A stretch of 32,000 nucleotides of DNA from Ignicoccus hospitalis KIN4/I (GTDB lineage: Archaea > Thermoproteota > Thermoprotei_A > Sulfolobales > Ignicoccaceae): NCBI RefSeq assembly GCF_000017945.1, contig NC_009776.1:600001-632000 (forward strand). The letters run 5' to 3'. Each line of letters begins with the position of its first letter. The first letter of the stretch is position 1. The notes under the pieces were generated by a model. It worked only from the letters and a program-made list of their open reading frames with translations, was not told the DNA's origin and made no database searches. Positions 29,845 through 32,000 of this stretch are shown in pieces. Made by a program: the position numbers and the translations under genes.

Positions 29845-30540
29845 TTAAGATGTGTACAGCACTTTAACCTCAGCTTCCCCCTTTGTCATCTTCGCGAGCT
29901 TATCCATTATCTCGCCTTGCAAACCGGCCGGTATCTCTATTTCAGCGACCAAGCTTCCGTCCGACTTCCAATCCATCGACTTGATCTCCCCTAGCTTCTT
30001 GAGTTCAGAGTAAGCGCGGCCCGAGTACTTGGGAGGTATTTTAACTTGAATAATGGCCTTCGCTATCTTGATTGGAATTATTCTAGATATGGCCCTGACT
30101 ATCTGCATAGCTTGTTCTTCCACGCTCTTGTAGGGGTCTACGCCGACCTTGGCCCTCTCCATGGCCGCCTCTATCCTCGCCGGAGGAATCGGGAGTTTGG
30201 TCTGGGGATCTATCGCGTTCTTGGCAATGTAGTTAATTATTTGACGTTTCTTCTGCTCTATAATTTTCCTCCTCTGTTCGGCCGTGAGCTGTATCTCGCC
30301 TTTAGTGATTATCTCTAAAGCAACCTTCTTCACGTCGTCCGTTCCAAACACCTTCTTTAAAGTCTCTGGGGAGACTCTGTCGCCGCTGCCCACGTCCTTG
30401 TATATCGTATCAGCAATTAGAACCTCTTCTATCGGTATTTGCTTACCGGACTTGAGTTCTAGAGCTTTATCGGGGTCCACCAAGATTTCGAACTTGTGGC
30501 CCTTGTACTCGTACCGGGCGACCACGTAATTACGCTTCAA
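29845..30540 (-). CDS. sbds: SBDS/Sdo1 ribosome maturation protein
   Basis: 231 aa with YEYKGHKFEILVDPDKALELKSGK, LTAEQRRKIIEQKKRQIINYIAKNAIDPQTKLPIPPARIEAAMERA and IPPKYSGRAY. Confidence 0.95.
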   Translation of the reverse strand: MKRNYVVARYEYKGHKFEILVDPDKALELKSGKQIPIEEVLIADTIYKDVGSGDRVSPETLKKVFGTDDVKKVALEIITKGEIQLTAEQRRKIIEQKKRQIINYIAKNAIDPQTKLPIPPARIEAAMERAKVGVDPYKSVEEQAMQIVRAISRIIPIKIAKAIIQVKIPPKYSGRAYSELKKLGEIKSMDWKSDGSLVAEIEIPAGLQGEIMDKLAKMTKGEAEVKVLYTS

Positions 30541-31588
30541 GAGGTCTTCCCTCTCTTACCCTCGCCGAGCGGAATTGAAGTTTAGCCCTCTTCGGCAGCC
30601 CGATCCTGCCTACTTGGATCCCCTTTTTAACCATCAAACCTTTAGCCTCGAAGTCTAAGTTCCACATGTAGTATGGTCTCCTCTTATCGTTGAGTTCTAG
30701 AATGCCCTCTATTATTTTCATTATTTTAATTTCCCTAGACTCGCCGGATCGTAACACTCTGGAAGCGTCAAAATGCGTTTGGTAAACGTTTATACAAGGG
30801 TAGAACTTACCGTCCGCGCTCAACCTCAGTCGCGTGCACCCCGCGCAGAAGTAAGGGTTGCCGACGGGCTCTATCAGCTCGACGAAGTTCTTGCCCAAGT
30901 AATACCTAGGCCTATTGTGTAGTTCTCTGACTTCCTTTTTATCAGCAACCTCCTCGAGCCACTTCTTCAACCGCTCTATGGGCTCTCTTGAGTGGCGCTC
31001 GCGGAATATGTGGGCCCCGTTGCCTACTGGGTGCAACTCGATCACGTGAACGGAGGCTCCCTTTCCTATGGCGTACTTCACTATCTCTTCCACCTCGTCC
31101 TCGTTTATCCCCCTCAAAACGACCACATTTACCCTGACCTCTATGCCGTTTTCTAAAGCCTTTTCTATCCCGTTCAACACGCGGTTAAGGGCGTCGACGC
31201 CCGTTATCCTTCTAAATCGCTGCCTCTTGAGGCTGTGTAAACTAACGTTTATCCAACTCACGCCGGCCTCCTTGAGGCCCTCTGTCCTCTCCGGCAGCAA
31301 GAAGCCGTTGGTAGTGATGGATATCTCCTCGAACCCGTGTTCTTTAAATGAATGAATTATTTCTTCTAGGTCGCTTCGGAGCAACGGCTCGCCCCCGGTG
31401 AACTTGACGTACTTTAATCCGAGCCTCGAGGTGGCTTCCGCTATCATGTCGTAATCGTTGACGGAGAGCTCGTCAAACGAGCCTCTACCCGCGCCTTCGG
31501 AGTGGCAGAATATGCAATTGAAGTTACACCTCTCCGTAACGGACACCCTTAAGGTCGCCAGGCTTCTGCCGTAGGCGTCGCGGATCAT
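30530..31588 (-). CDS. moaA: GTP 3',8-cyclase MoaA-like radical SAM protein
   Basis: 352 aa with LRVSVTERCNFNCIFCHSEG (radical SAM CxxxCxxC), KYVKFTGGEPLLR, the C-terminal cluster motif NPYFCAGCTRLRLSADGKFYPCI, and AYGR near the N-terminus. Confidence 0.93.
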   Translation of the reverse strand: MIRDAYGRSLATLRVSVTERCNFNCIFCHSEGAGRGSFDELSVNDYDMIAEATSRLGLKYVKFTGGEPLLRSDLEEIIHSFKEHGFEEISITTNGFLLPERTEGLKEAGVSWINVSLHSLKRQRFRRITGVDALNRVLNGIEKALENGIEVRVNVVVLRGINEDEVEEIVKYAIGKGASVHVIELHPVGNGAHIFRERHSREPIERLKKWLEEVADKKEVRELHNRPRYYLGKNFVELIEPVGNPYFCAGCTRLRLSADGKFYPCINVYQTHFDASRVLRSGESREIKIMKIIEGILELNDKRRPYYMWNLDFEAKGLMVKKGIQVGRIGLPKRAKLQFRSARVREGRPLEA

Positions 31589-31625
31589 AGCCCGACATCT
31601 CTGGATCTCTAAAGCGACTAGAGCG

Positions 31626-32000
31626 TTAGAAACGTATTGCCGTTACCTCGAAGGCGGCAGCGACCAAGAGGTACAGTACTGATTTAACCAGATCCGGTTT
31701 CCTCCGCGTCGTCGCTAAAGCGTATGCATAGAGTTCCAGAAGCGTGTGGGCGCCGAGTACTACATTTAGGGGGTAACCTCGGGAGAGCGAGGAGCCTACG
31801 AGGGCCGTGTAGCTGACCGCGAAGCCGTAGTACCCCTTCCCCAAAAGGGCGCTCAATATCAGAATCAATATATTATGTTGGAAGATCCTCGCGATAGCCA
31901 AGAGGGGGTCCGAGCGCCTCGCAAAGTCAGCTATTTCCACTATTTCCCTTTTAATTGCGGAAGGGACGTCACACTTGAACAAAGAAACCAGCGCGACCGT
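31626..32000 (-). CDS. SpoIIM-like (DUF95) membrane protein, 5' end cut by window edge
   Basis: IFQHNILILILSALLGKGYYGFAVSYTALVGSS...HTLLELYAYALA resembles SpoIIM ('F..N......G......NG...G......HG..EL.A'). The frame stays open past the tracked TTG 31982 to the edge. Confidence 0.6.
   Translation of the reverse strand, partial: TVALVSLFKCDVPSAIKREIVEIADFARRSDPLLAIARIFQHNILILILSALLGKGYYGFAVSYTALVGSSLSRGYPLNVVLGAHTLLELYAYALATTRRKPDLVKSVLYLLVAAAFEVTAIRF

Overview
This 32 kb window reads as a compact, G+C-rich crenarchaeal chromosome segment. Gene content and sequence style fit Desulfurococcales, most likely Ignicoccus, but that assignment is inference. I found no CRISPR array, tRNA, rRNA or mobile element. 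From left to right it contains: (i) a minus-strand surface-fiber locus with a class III-signal fiber protein, a polytopic membrane protein and a second pilin-like gene running off the left edge; (ii) a CoA-disulfide-reductase-like / DUF1641 / sulfide:quinone-oxidoreductase-like cluster next to hypF; (iii) rio1, aIF1A and S6e; (iv) a fused class I fumarase, A-type ATP synthase B and D, an untracked 54-aa ORF and the K proteolipid; (v) hemL and hemC, an ASCH-domain protein, an AdoMetDC-family (probably arginine) decarboxylase, an MqnA-like protein, a secreted protein and a creatininase-family protein; (vi) a long minus-strand array with polB, fen1, a small conserved ORF, cdc48, the two aconitase-X/phosphomevalonate dehydratase subunits, tpiA, SBDS, moaA and a SpoIIM-like partial gene. 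The most interesting observation is that the partial gene at the left edge looks like a divergent paralog of the fiber protein. The two share a class III N-terminus and two cysteine motifs, they flank a multi-TM protein, and the second gene begins inside the 3' end of the membrane-protein gene. This is a candidate uncharacterised fiber/pilus module. Secondary points are a single symmetric AT element between divergent S6e and fumarase genes, a dispersed ATP synthase operon with a small unannotated ORF, and a GC-rich hairpin in a probable 153-nt noncoding gap after hemC.
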